Of a DNA stretch of 64,000 bases, positions 9,949-19,269 are shown piece by piece. Each line of letters opens with the position of its first letter. Position 1 is the stretch's first letter. A program made the translations under genes and the position numbers. Source of the stretch: Bacteroidota bacterium (GTDB lineage: Bacteria > Bacteroidota > Bacteroidia > Flavobacteriales > Flavobacteriaceae); contig JBCCKH010000019.1 of NCBI GenBank assembly GCA_039027495.1, forward strand, positions 16,921 through 80,920, written 5' to 3'. The notes beneath the pieces were generated by a model. That model saw only the letters and a list, made by a program, of their open reading frames with translations. It was not told where the DNA came from and ran no database searches.

Positions 9949-10938
9949 TCAGCTTAATAGCCTTGCCACATCTTTGGCAAAATAACTGGCAATAATGTTG
10001 GCCCCTGCCCTTTTGATGCTTAGCAGTTGTTCCATCATCACCGTATCGTGGTCCAACCACCCCTTGAGGGCTGCTGCTTTGAGCATGGCATATTCTCCAG
10101 AGACTTGATAGACCGCGACAGGAACGTCTACTTCGTTTCGAATTTCACGGACAATATCCAAATAGGGCAAACCAGGCTTTATCATTACGATATCGGCCCC
10201 TTCATCAATGTCCATTTGCGTTTCTCGAATGGCTTCAAATCGATTGGCGGGGTCCATTTGATAGGTCTTTTTATCCTTGGGGACATTTTGCATATCTACT
10301 GGTGCAGAGTCCAAGGCATCGCGAAAAGGGCCATAAAAGGCACTGGCATATTTGGCGGAATAACTCATAATACCCGTACCCTGAAATCCTTCGTCTTCCA
10401 GAGCTTCTCGAATCGTCAGAATACGTCCATCCATCATATCGCTGGGCGCGACAAAGTCTGCACCTGCCTGAGCATGAGAAATACACATTTCTGCCAAAAC
10501 CTCCGTCGTTTCATCATTCAAGATTTGTCCATCAGCGACAATACCATCATGCCCTAGGGCAGAAAAGGGGTCGAGGGCTACGTCGGTCATTACCAGCATT
10601 TCTGGACAGGCATTTTTAACTGTTTTTATCGCGCGTTGCATCAATCCGTCTGGATTTAGCGCCTCAGTACCTTTATTGTCTTTTAGGTCATCGGGTACTT
10701 TGACGAATAATAGTACTGCACAAAGGCCCATTTCCCAGAGTGTTTTGACTTCCTTCTCCAGATGGTCCAAACTCATTCGGTAATAGTTGGGCATGGAGGG
10801 AATTTCCTCTTTGACACCCTTGCCTTCCACCACGAAAAGAGGCACTAAAAAGTCATTTGGAGTAATAATGGTTTCACGAACCAATCTTCGGATGGATTCG
10901 TTTTGACGGAGTCTTCTATTTCGGATTAATGGATACAT
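9949..10938 (-). CDS. hemB: Porphobilinogen synthase
   Basis: DVALDPFSALGHDG, SDMMDGR, SYSAKYASAFYGPFRDA, YQVSGEYAM. Confidence 0.97.
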   Translation of the reverse strand: MYPLIRNRRLRQNESIRRLVRETIITPNDFLVPLFVVEGKGVKEEIPSMPNYYRMSLDHLEKEVKTLWEMGLCAVLLFVKVPDDLKDNKGTEALNPDGLMQRAIKTVKNACPEMLVMTDVALDPFSALGHDGIVADGQILNDETTEVLAEMCISHAQAGADFVAPSDMMDGRILTIREALEDEGFQGTGIMSYSAKYASAFYGPFRDALDSAPVDMQNVPKDKKTYQMDPANRFEAIRETQMDIDEGADIVMIKPGLPYLDIVREIRNEVDVPVAVYQVSGEYAMLKAAALKGWLDHDTVMMEQLLSIKRAGANIIASYFAKDVARLLS

Positions 10939-10943
10939 ATGGA

Positions 10944-10971
10944 TTAGTTTTTAAGCTTACAGCTTTAAGCT
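10944..10971 (-). repeat. Four phased heptamers at the 3' end of the four-helix-bundle gene
   Basis: Minus strand: AGCTTAA AGCTGTA AGCTTAA AAACTAA; the first unit contains the stop codon. Confidence 0.7.
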
Positions 10972-11330
10972 CTAAGTGATGCTTTTATTGTTCGAATTAA
11001 AGCAGCTAACATTTTTTTGATTTCGTCAATTTCAGAAATGAGTTTCTTCGCATTCTTGGATTCTATAAAACCGAGCTCTGAAGAAACCAATAATAAATAG
11101 TCCAATTCGTGAGTAGAGCCAGAAGCTATGTAAAGAAATCGAACTAATTCTTTTTCAGTTTCTCTCCCACAACCTTCTGCACTATTAGTAGGGATTGAAA
11201 TGGAAGCTCTTTGAATTTGAGAAATCAAGTTGAACTGTTCAGACTTGGGAAACCCCTGGGTTATCTCATACATTTTAAAAACATATTGATGCGATTTTTG
11301 CCAGACTTTGTAATTCTTATAATTGACCAT
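10965..11330 (-). CDS. Four helix bundle protein (TIGR02436 / 23S-IVP / Avd-like)
   Basis: YKVWQKSH..FPKSEQFNLISQIQRASISIPTNSAEGCGR..RFLYIASGSTHEL signature. Confidence 0.9.
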   Translation of the reverse strand: MVNYKNYKVWQKSHQYVFKMYEITQGFPKSEQFNLISQIQRASISIPTNSAEGCGRETEKELVRFLYIASGSTHELDYLLLVSSELGFIESKNAKKLISEIDEIKKMLAALIRTIKASLRA

Positions 11331-11356
11331 TTGCTTTAAGCTATAGGCTTGTTACT
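11329..11356 (-). repeat. Four phased heptamers at the 5' end of the four-helix-bundle gene
   Basis: Minus strand: AGTAACA AGCCTAT AGCTTAA AGCAAAT; the last unit overlaps the ATG. Confidence 0.7.
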
Positions 11357-11361
11357 TACCG

Positions 11362-12150
11362 CTAAACCTCAATTTCACCAATGAGATAAGGAACGGCTTT
11401 TCCTGATATTTTGACACGGTCTCCCAAGTATTCACAAACCAAATTACCTCCACGTTGGGACAGTTGTTTGGCCGTTAACCTGGTTTTGTTCAGTTTTTGG
11501 GCCCAATAGGGTGTGAGGGTCGTATGCGCTGAACCGGTCACAGGGTCCTCTGGAATACCACATTGTGGAAAAAAGGCTCTTGAAACAAAATCAACGGTTT
11601 CCCCCGGAGCGGTGAAAATCACACCGCGGCAATCAATCTTATCCAACAGGAAAAAGTTGGGCTTTAAGCTTTCAACAACTTTTTGGGAGGGATAGATCAA
11701 CATATAGTCCGTTTTTCCCTTGAAGGTTTCCAAGGGAACTTCCCCAATGGCTTCATTCACGGCTGGGTTGGGTTCGGTTTTCCGAAGCAAATCGGTTGGA
11801 AAATCCAAACAAAGTAGTCCGTCCGTGGTTTTTGTGACGGTAAGTGAACCGCTTCGTTCTGAGTAAAATACAATGGTGTCTGTTGGGTGTCCGTAGTACT
11901 CGAAAAGTACATATGCTGTTGCAAGAGTGGCATGCCCGCAAAGGTCTACTTCGGTTTCCGGTGTAAACCAACGCAATCCATACTGCTCATTCTCTTTTAC
12001 GGAAAATGCAGTTTCGGCAAGGTTGTTTTCCTGCGCAATGTTTTGCATGACATCATCTTCCAACCAATCCTCTAGTATGCAAACGGCCGCGGGGTTTCCA
12101 GTGAAAACCTTACTGGCAAATGCATCAATTTGATAGATTTTTTGTTTCAT
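11362..12150 (-). CDS. PhzF-family isomerase
   Basis: QIDAFASKVFTGNPAAV, NLAETAF, EVDLCGHATLA, EDPVTGSAH. Start reassigned to MKQKIY. Confidence 0.92.
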   Translation of the reverse strand: MKQKIYQIDAFASKVFTGNPAAVCILEDWLEDDVMQNIAQENNLAETAFSVKENEQYGLRWFTPETEVDLCGHATLATAYVLFEYYGHPTDTIVFYSERSGSLTVTKTTDGLLCLDFPTDLLRKTEPNPAVNEAIGEVPLETFKGKTDYMLIYPSQKVVESLKPNFFLLDKIDCRGVIFTAPGETVDFVSRAFFPQCGIPEDPVTGSAHTTLTPYWAQKLNKTRLTAKQLSQRGGNLVCEYLGDRVKISGKAVPYLIGEIEV

Positions 12151-12167
12151 TCTCCGTGAAGATACTA

Positions 12168-13070
12168 TTAAACCCAAGCTTTAGGTTGTTGTAAAACCAT
12201 TGTCAAGCTTTCCTCTCTACTACCTTTTTCGGGTTGGTGGTCGTATTTCCATTGCACATGTGGCGGCAAACTCATTAAAATACTTTCAATGCGACCATTG
12301 GTGCGCAGCCCAAAAAGGGTCCCTTTGTCATGAACCAAATTGAATTCGACATAGCGTCCCCTTCTGATTTCTTGCCAATCCCTTTCTTCTTGCGAAAAAG
12401 ACAATTCTTTTCGTTTTTCCACAATGGGAAGATACGCTTCCAAAAAGCTGTCCCCGACTTCGGTAACGAAATTGTACCAATCCTGTATCGTCATGGTATC
12501 AGTCGCTTTGCAGTAGTCAAAGAACAATCCGCCCACACCTCGGGCTTCATTTCTGTGGGTATTCCAAAAGTATTCGTCACAACGTTTTTTATACGTAGCA
12601 TAAAATTCAGTGTTATGGGCGTCACAAGCTTTTTTGCAAACGGCATGAAAGTGCTGGGCGTCCTCTTCAAAAAGATAGTAAGGGGTTAAATCTTGTCCTC
12701 CGCCAAACCACTGGTCTACGATCTTGCCAGTTTTGTCGTACATTTCAAAATAGCGCCAGTTTGCATGAACCGTTGGCACCATTGGATTTTTTGGGTGCAA
12801 GACCAAACTCAAGCCACAAGCGAAAAAATCAGCATCCGCTACCCCAAAATACTGTTGCATGCTTTTGGGCAGCTCCCCATGCACCGCGGAAATATTGACA
12901 CCCCCTTTTTCAAATACATCCCCGGTTTCAATCACGCGTGTTCTGCCACCTCCGCCTTCGGGGCGTTTCCAAATATCCTCTTGAAATTTGGCTTTTCCAT
13001 CAATAGCTTCTAGAGAAGTTGTGATGGTGTCTTGCAATTGTTGGATATAGGCGTAAAATGCGTCTTTCAT
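12168..13070 (-). CDS. hemF: Oxygen-dependent coproporphyrinogen III oxidase
   Basis: GGGGRTRV, FEKGGVNIS, PTVHANWRYF, RRGRYVEFNL, RIESILMSLP. Confidence 0.97.
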   Translation of the reverse strand: MKDAFYAYIQQLQDTITTSLEAIDGKAKFQEDIWKRPEGGGGRTRVIETGDVFEKGGVNISAVHGELPKSMQQYFGVADADFFACGLSLVLHPKNPMVPTVHANWRYFEMYDKTGKIVDQWFGGGQDLTPYYLFEEDAQHFHAVCKKACDAHNTEFYATYKKRCDEYFWNTHRNEARGVGGLFFDYCKATDTMTIQDWYNFVTEVGDSFLEAYLPIVEKRKELSFSQEERDWQEIRRGRYVEFNLVHDKGTLFGLRTNGRIESILMSLPPHVQWKYDHQPEKGSREESLTMVLQQPKAWV

Positions 13071-13555
13071 GTTGTTTTGATGTGTACGAGTTGCTGTTTG
13101 AACTTCTCCAAATCGGTTTCGGTGGTTATGTGAAAAGATGCTAAGGTCATTTCTTTTAGTACCGCCAAGCTTTTTTCCTGATTCAAGCCATGCTTAGCGA
13201 ACAACTCTCTTCCGATAGCATTGTTATGTTCATCCATTTTCCAGGCCAATTCGGTATTGACAAAAGCATCTTCGTGCCAGTCCGTGATTTTTTTCGTCCA
13301 CAAAAGTACTTTGGGCTCGCTTTTCCACCATCGGAAACAGCGTTTCGCAATAAGATAATTCCAAAGCGCATGTCTAAAAGCGTTTTCCGGACCATTTTGA
13401 TAATGCTTTCGACCATACAATTCCGTGGACAAGGCCATGCATTGCCGGGTGGCCAAAAACGTGGGAATCACATAGGGAAGGTGTGTCAAGGAAAGCCATA
13501 AGAGTTTCCCAAACATTTTGGGTCGTACTTGTTTCAAAAGCTTCACCCATTTCAC
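13067..13555 (-). CDS. DUF6973-like protein
   Basis: [23 protein letters not shown] motif; ATGA overlaps with both hemE and hemF. Confidence 0.7.
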   Translation of the reverse strand: MKWVKLLKQVRPKMFGKLLWLSLTHLPYVIPTFLATRQCMALSTELYGRKHYQNGPENAFRHALWNYLIAKRCFRWWKSEPKVLLWTKKITDWHEDAFVNTELAWKMDEHNNAIGRELFAKHGLNQEKSLAVLKEMTLASFHITTETDLEKFKQQLVHIKTT

Positions 13556-14577
13556 GTACCATATGATTTAACCGCGTCAATAAATGCCTTGGCATTCTCC
13601 AAAGGAATATTGGGTAGTATCCCATGGCCCAAATTGGCAATGTACTTGTCCTTGCCAAAGTTATCGATCATTTGTTTGGTCATTCTTTTGATTTCTTCAG
13701 GAGGAGATAGCAAACGTGCAGGGTCAAAATTGCCTTGCAAGGTGATATTCCCACCAGTGAGATACCGTGCATTTGCGGGAGAACACGTCCAATCTACCCC
13801 AACGGCTGATGCGCCAGAATTCGCCATTTCTTTCAATGCAAACCAACACCCCTTACCAAAAACAATTACGGGAGCCTCCTCTTTTAGGGCATCGACGATT
13901 TGTTGAATGTAGGGCCAAGAAAATAGTTGGTAGTCTGTTGGAGAGAGCATACCGCCCCATGAGTCAAAAACCTGGATTGCGTTCACGCCAGCAGCTACTT
14001 TTGCCTTTAGATAGGTGATGGTAGTGTCCGTAATGCGTTGGAGCAGTTCGTGCGCAACCTCGGGTTGCGTAAAGCATAATCCTCGAGCTTTGTCAAAACT
14101 TTTGCTACCCTGACCTTCTACACAATAGCACAAAATGGTCCAAGGGGAGCCTGCGAAACCAATTAAAGGAACTTCATCGTTCAATTTTTCCTTCGTCATG
14201 GTTATGGCTTCCATGACATACCCCAATGCTTCATCAACATCGGGTACGAAGACCTTTTCCAAATCCTTTGCGTTGCGTATGGGATTGGGCAAATAGGGGC
14301 CAAAATTGGGCTTCATTTGAACTTCGATGTTCATGGCTTGTGGAATAACCAAAATATCACTGAACAAAATTGCAGCATCCATTCCATAACGTCGGATGGG
14401 CTGAACCGTGATTTCAGAAGCCAATTCAGGAGTTTGGCAACGGGTAAAGAAATCATACTTTTCCTTGAGCGCCATGAATTCGGGCAAATAGCGTCCGGCT
14501 TGACGCATCATCCATACCGGAGGTCGGTTCACGGTTTCTCCCTGTAAGGCGCGAAGAAATAAATCGTTTTTAATCAT
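13552..14577 (-). CDS. hemE: Uroporphyrinogen decarboxylase
   Basis: [37 protein letters not shown]. Confidence 0.97.
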   Translation of the reverse strand: MIKNDLFLRALQGETVNRPPVWMMRQAGRYLPEFMALKEKYDFFTRCQTPELASEITVQPIRRYGMDAAILFSDILVIPQAMNIEVQMKPNFGPYLPNPIRNAKDLEKVFVPDVDEALGYVMEAITMTKEKLNDEVPLIGFAGSPWTILCYCVEGQGSKSFDKARGLCFTQPEVAHELLQRITDTTITYLKAKVAAGVNAIQVFDSWGGMLSPTDYQLFSWPYIQQIVDALKEEAPVIVFGKGCWFALKEMANSGASAVGVDWTCSPANARYLTGGNITLQGNFDPARLLSPPEEIKRMTKQMIDNFGKDKYIANLGHGILPNIPLENAKAFIDAVKSYGT

Positions 14578-15241
14578 TTTCCTTAAAAAACTTTATGGTT
14601 TGTACCAATACATTTTCCGTTGTAGGCCGATTGGCAATGATGATTTGGTTAAAATGCGGTTTTGCAGCTTCGGCTGTGGTTTCGCCTATGCAAAACGCAG
14701 GACTTATAAAGTTGGGATTCGCTTCCAAATAGCTTCGGATGCCACTAGGGCTGAAAAAAAGAACTCCATCAAAAGCTTGCAAAAATTGTTTTGGTTTGAG
14801 GAGGGTTTCATACCCCACTATTTCTTGATACCAAACGTTATGTTGGGACAAAAGCTTGGGAAGCTCATTTCGCCTCAGATTACCCGAAATGTAAATAAAC
14901 CGATAGGTATGGTGATTTTGAACAATTTTGTTTCCTAGTTCTTCAGCATTTCGAGCGGTTTCCATTACCAAGAGCCCTTCTTGCTCTAAAAATGCCCTAG
15001 TCTTGTCCCCAACGCAGTAGCATTGATACTTTTTTAGGTCAACCCTTGCCCGATGTAATGCATTCACAAAAGCCTTTACGGCATTCTTGCTCGTAAAAAT
15101 ATAATGGGATTCATCTAACGGGAGAGATACTTCCGGAAAGCGGATTTCAATCGCATTGTATTCGACGAAGCCAACCTTCGCATTTAGCAAAAGTTCTTTT
15201 TGCGATGACGAAAGCACTTTAGTGGACAGCACTGTTTTCAT
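14570..15241 (-). CDS. hemD: Uroporphyrinogen-III synthase
   Basis: [29 protein letters not shown]; position between hemC and hemE. Confidence 0.9.
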   Translation of the reverse strand: MKTVLSTKVLSSSQKELLLNAKVGFVEYNAIEIRFPEVSLPLDESHYIFTSKNAVKAFVNALHRARVDLKKYQCYCVGDKTRAFLEQEGLLVMETARNAEELGNKIVQNHHTYRFIYISGNLRRNELPKLLSQHNVWYQEIVGYETLLKPKQFLQAFDGVLFFSPSGIRSYLEANPNFISPAFCIGETTAEAAKPHFNQIIIANRPTTENVLVQTIKFFKEND

Positions 15242-16148
15242 CACGGATGTGTTGCATCAAAATTTTCCCGCCTGAATCCAATACTTCGTTAGCGCAGTGT
15301 TTACCAAAGTCTGAAATATCCTTTTCGGCAATAGTCTTTTCTACTTCGATTTTCTCTTTTCCGTCAAGGGATAGCAAACACCCTTTAAAATAAACCGATT
15401 GGTCTTTTAATTTTGCAATTGCCCCAATAGGTGCAGTGCAACCGCCTTCAAGGGTTCTCAAGAATTCACGTTCAATTTGCGTTTCGACTTCAGTTGGGGA
15501 GTGATTTATTTGCGCCAATGCTTCCTTGCAATAGTCATTGGCATTTGTCGTGGCGACCATCATTGCCCCTTGAGCAGGAGCAGGTATCATCCAGTCCAAA
15601 CTAAGGGCGTCTTTCGGCAGTAGTTTTATCCGTTCCAGACCTGCTTGGGCGAATATCGCGCCTTGCCAATCGTTTTCGATGAGTTTCAATAAGCGAGTGT
15701 TTACATTTCCTCGAAGGTTTACTACAATATGATGAGGATAACGGTGTAACCATTGGGCTTTTCTGCGCAGACTTCCTGTAGCGATGGTAACAGTGTTGGT
15801 TTCAGAGGACAGAAATTCCATTCCTTTATGAACCAAAATGTCTTCTGCTGCTGCACGTTGTAACACGGCGGCTTGTATAATTCCTTCGGGCAGTTGGGTG
15901 GGAACATCTTTCATGGAATGCACTGCGATATCAATTTGACCTTTGAGCAATGCAATGTCGAGTGTTTTTGTGAAGATTCCCGTTACGCCCAATTCGTATA
16001 GGGGCTTATCCAATATTTGGTCTCCTGTGGAAGTAATGGGCACCAAAATCGTATCACAACCCAAGTTCTCTAACCTGGATTGTACTGTCTTTGCTTGCCA
16101 CAAAGCCAATTCGCTCTCGCGTGTACCAATTCTTATGATTTTACCCAT
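15219..16148 (-). CDS. hemC: Hydroxymethylbilane synthase
   Basis: IRIGTRESELALWQA, GIFTKTLD, AVHSMKDVP, GSLRR, EGGCTAPIG. Confidence 0.97.
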   Translation of the reverse strand: MGKIIRIGTRESELALWQAKTVQSRLENLGCDTILVPITSTGDQILDKPLYELGVTGIFTKTLDIALLKGQIDIAVHSMKDVPTQLPEGIIQAAVLQRAAAEDILVHKGMEFLSSETNTVTIATGSLRRKAQWLHRYPHHIVVNLRGNVNTRLLKLIENDWQGAIFAQAGLERIKLLPKDALSLDWMIPAPAQGAMMVATTNANDYCKEALAQINHSPTEVETQIEREFLRTLEGGCTAPIGAIAKLKDQSVYFKGCLLSLDGKEKIEVEKTIAEKDISDFGKHCANEVLDSGGKILMQHIRDENSAVH

Positions 16149-17401
16149 TCGGAATCTATTTCCAGCTGAAAGATTTTTTGAATGATTGCAAGGCTATCCT
16201 CAGTGTCCACATCAGATTTGCGCAGATGATTTGCAAATTGTTTGGTTATTTTTTGGATGAGGCGGTCCGATATGATTTCAGCTTGATCTTGATTGAAATC
16301 CGAAAGTTTTCTGGAGTGGAAGTCAATTTCCTCGGCCTTCATCACTTTTAGTTTTTCTTTTAAAGCGGAGATTACAGGAGCAAATTTTCGGGTTTCCAAC
16401 CATTTCAGGAAATCTGTTTTGATTTCGCTAATAATTTCTTCTGCTTGTGGAATGAATTTCTTTCTTTTTTCCAAAGTTTCGTCGGTTAACTTAGAGAGTT
16501 GGTCCAGGTGAACCAAAGAAACATTGTCCAATTCCTCAACATCATCAGAAACATTCTTGGGCACGGAGAGATCTAAAATCAAGAGGGGCTTTTTGGGATG
16601 AATCAAGGCCTTCGAAATAGTTGGAAGTTGCGCACCAGTGGCCACGACCAGAATATCCGCTTTGCGTATTTCCGTTTGCAACTCTCCGTAATCTTTTACC
16701 TTCAATTGAAACTTTCCCGCTATGGCTTCGGCCTTGTTGCGTGTTCGATTGATTAAGGTTATATGTGAATTGTCGGAATGTTTGATGAGGTTTTCACAAG
16801 TATTTCGACCAATCTTGCCTGTCCCAAACAACAGAATGTTCTTGTCGGAAATGTTAGGGAAATGATCCAAAATATATTTTACGGAGGCAAACGCCACAGA
16901 GGTTGCCCCTGAAGAAATTTGTGTCTCGTTTTTGATACGCTTACTGGCTTGAATGACCGAATTGCACAATCGCTCCAAAAAAGGGTGTGCCATGCCATGT
17001 TTCTTAGATCGGTAAAACCCTTGTTTGATTTGACTTATGATCTCAAAATCACCAAGAATTTGACTGTCCAACCCCGTACCTACGCGAAACAAATGTGAAA
17101 TCGCGTCGTGATTTTTATGCACGTAAGCAACCTCTTGAAATTCTTCAACGGTGCCTTCGGCTTGATCACAAAGCATTTTGATGAGCTGATACGGATGTTG
17201 CGCAAAACCGTAGAGTTCAGTTCTATTGCAAGTGGAAATAGCCAAGAGACCATCCAAACCTTCTTCTTTTGCAGCAGCAATGATATTATCAATGGCAGGG
17301 ACGTCTAAACTGAATTTTCCACGGAGGTCGGCGTCAGCTTTTTTGTAGCTAAGACCAATACCGTAGAACGAACTATTTCTTGAATTACTGGAATTCCTCA
17401 T
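16133..17401 (-). CDS. hemA: Glutamyl-tRNA reductase
   Basis: STCNRTELY, GLDSQILGDFEIISQ, GTGKIG, DLSVPKNV. Start reassigned from 17557 to MRNSS at 17401. Confidence 0.95.
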   Translation of the reverse strand: MRNSSNSRNSSFYGIGLSYKKADADLRGKFSLDVPAIDNIIAAAKEEGLDGLLAISTCNRTELYGFAQHPYQLIKMLCDQAEGTVEEFQEVAYVHKNHDAISHLFRVGTGLDSQILGDFEIISQIKQGFYRSKKHGMAHPFLERLCNSVIQASKRIKNETQISSGATSVAFASVKYILDHFPNISDKNILLFGTGKIGRNTCENLIKHSDNSHITLINRTRNKAEAIAGKFQLKVKDYGELQTEIRKADILVVATGAQLPTISKALIHPKKPLLILDLSVPKNVSDDVEELDNVSLVHLDQLSKLTDETLEKRKKFIPQAEEIISEIKTDFLKWLETRKFAPVISALKEKLKVMKAEEIDFHSRKLSDFNQDQAEIISDRLIQKITKQFANHLRKSDVDTEDSLAIIQKIFQLEIDSEWVKS

Positions 17402-17559
17402 GAAAGGCAATAGATTAGCACAAAAATAGAAGCCGTATATTTGAAAAAATAACGCTAGCGGAACTTTTAATGCCGCATGCGGCACATCTGTCTTCGAGAT
17501 TTGGCAAAAACTCCCAAAAGTGTAGTAAAAATGGTGTTTTTGATGTAATTTTATCAATA

Positions 17560-17578
17560 ATTTAGAGTGGTTCTAAAT
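17560..17578. promoter_or_regulatory. Fur-like operator ATTTAGA-N5-TCTAAAT between divergent hemA and araC
   Basis: ATTTAGA gtggt TCTAAAT perfect 7-5-7 palindrome. From recall it matches the 19-bp Fur box proposed for Riemerella/Flavobacteriia. Confidence 0.65.
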
Positions 17579-17611
17579 AAGAAATTCAGAATCTAATTTT
17601 GTTCACGTTTT

Positions 17612-18490
17612 ATGAAAAGTATCGCTACAGGTTCCTACGATGAAATTTTGGTGGAATCTGGTTTTTTTGTTTTAAAAATTCAAAACGACACCGATGAGGT
17701 AAAGGTGGTTGAACGAGAAATAGATAGCTCTTTCATTCAATTCCATTTTTGTCTAAAGGGAAATTCAAAGTTTCTTTTCAACCAGGGGGGGTATCAACTC
17801 GAGGTTTCCGAAGAAAATAGTCTTTTGCTATACAATACGCAACGCGATTTACCCTTGCACGCCGTGGTCTCTCCAAATACTTGGTTGCTATCGGTTATCA
17901 TGACTATCCGTAAGTTCCATTCTTTGTTTTCGAAAGAAGCGGGCTACATCCCTTTCCTTAGTGAAGAATTCAAAGAGAAAAAGTACTATGGTCAGGAGAT
18001 GGTATCACCATCTATTGCGGTAGTGTTAAGTCAGTTGATGCAATACAATTTGAACCCCTTTATGAAGGAATTGTATGTGAAAGGAAAAGTCTATGAACTC
18101 ATATCGCTATACTTCAATAAAACTCCAGAAGCAGATTTGGAACAATGCCCTTTTCTAGCGGATGAAGAAAATGTGAGAAAGATAAAAATGGCCAAGGAAA
18201 TCATTATTGCACGTATGGCCGAACCCCCAACCCTGAACCAACTTTCTGAAGAAATCGGGTTGAGCCTTAAAAAGCTAAAGGAAGGTTTCAAACAGATTTA
18301 TGGGGATTCGGTTTTTGGATTTTTGTTTGATTACAAGATGGAGTTTGCCCGCAAAATGCTCGAAACGGGCAGGCACAATGTCAATGAAGTAGGGTTGAAA
18401 GTAGGCTATAGCACGGCAAGCCATTTTATCGCCTCCTTTAAAAAGAAATATGGTACTACCCCTAAAAAGTATTTATCTTCCATTGCTTAA
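17612..18490 (+). CDS. AraC-family transcriptional regulator
   Basis: PPTLNQLSEEIGLSLKKLKEGFKQIYG and VNEVGLKVGYSTASHFIASFKKKYGTTP double HTH. Confidence 0.93.
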   Translation: MKSIATGSYDEILVESGFFVLKIQNDTDEVKVVEREIDSSFIQFHFCLKGNSKFLFNQGGYQLEVSEENSLLLYNTQRDLPLHAVVSPNTWLLSVIMTIRKFHSLFSKEAGYIPFLSEEFKEKKYYGQEMVSPSIAVVLSQLMQYNLNPFMKELYVKGKVYELISLYFNKTPEADLEQCPFLADEENVRKIKMAKEIIIARMAEPPTLNQLSEEIGLSLKKLKEGFKQIYGDSVFGFLFDYKMEFARKMLETGRHNVNEVGLKVGYSTASHFIASFKKKYGTTPKKYLSSIA

Positions 18491-18499
18491 AATCACCTT

Positions 18500-19264
18500 A
18501 TGAAACGCCTAACCTTATCGCTTTTGTTGCTTGTTTTATGGAGCTGTTCCAATGCCCAAACCGGGACTGAAGAAAATGCTTCAGAAGAAGTTGTGCCCCC
18601 CAAATTTGTTTTGGTTTTTAGCAAAACTGCGGGCTACCGACATGAGTCTATTGAAAAAGGAACAGAAACCCTTCGCAAACTTGGGCGTGATAACGGTTTT
18701 GTGGTATTGCAAACCGAAACTTCTGAAGATTTCAATGCAACCAATTTGGCGAATTATCAACTTGTGGTGTTTTTGAGCACGACCCAAGATGTCTTGAACG
18801 ATAAACAGCAAACTGCTTTTGAAAACTACATCAAAGGAGGTGGAAGTTTTATGGGCATTCATGCTGCAACTGATACCGAATATGATTGGCCCTGGTTTGG
18901 GAAACTGGTTGGAGCTTACTTTGACGGTCATCCCAACAACCCCAATATTCGCGATGCCAAGATAGATGTGCTTGACAATTCGCATCCTTCTACAGCACAT
19001 CTTTCGAGCACTTGGCAGCGGAGTGATGAGTGGTACAATTACAAGAACCTGAATCCGAAAATGAAGGTGTTGCTAAATCTAGATGAAACGAGTTATGAGG
19101 GCGGAACCAACGGCAAAAACCATCCTATAGCTTGGTATCACGAATTTGATGGAGGCAGGTCTTTTTACACCGGCGGTGGCCATACCAATGAGAGTTTCGA
19201 TGAACCCGCTTTTCAACAACATCTATTGGGCGGAATTCTTTGGTGCTTGGGGGTGAAACCTTAG
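18500..19264 (+). CDS. ThuA-domain lipoprotein
   Basis: Lipobox WSC; VLVFSKTAGYRHESI, GGSFMGIHAATD, DEWYNY, GRSFYTGGGH. Confidence 0.88.
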   Translation: MKRLTLSLLLLVLWSCSNAQTGTEENASEEVVPPKFVLVFSKTAGYRHESIEKGTETLRKLGRDNGFVVLQTETSEDFNATNLANYQLVVFLSTTQDVLNDKQQTAFENYIKGGGSFMGIHAATDTEYDWPWFGKLVGAYFDGHPNNPNIRDAKIDVLDNSHPSTAHLSSTWQRSDEWYNYKNLNPKMKVLLNLDETSYEGGTNGKNHPIAWYHEFDGGRSFYTGGGHTNESFDEPAFQQHLLGGILWCLGVKP

Positions 19265-19269
19265 TTCCC

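Noticed and set aside
17402-17557. N-terminal extensions in the ORF track (hemA; also SPFH to 30250, LytTR to 56360, MarC, Ig protein)
   Set aside because: The extensions lack family features and overlap promoters or divergent genes, so internal ATGs were used.
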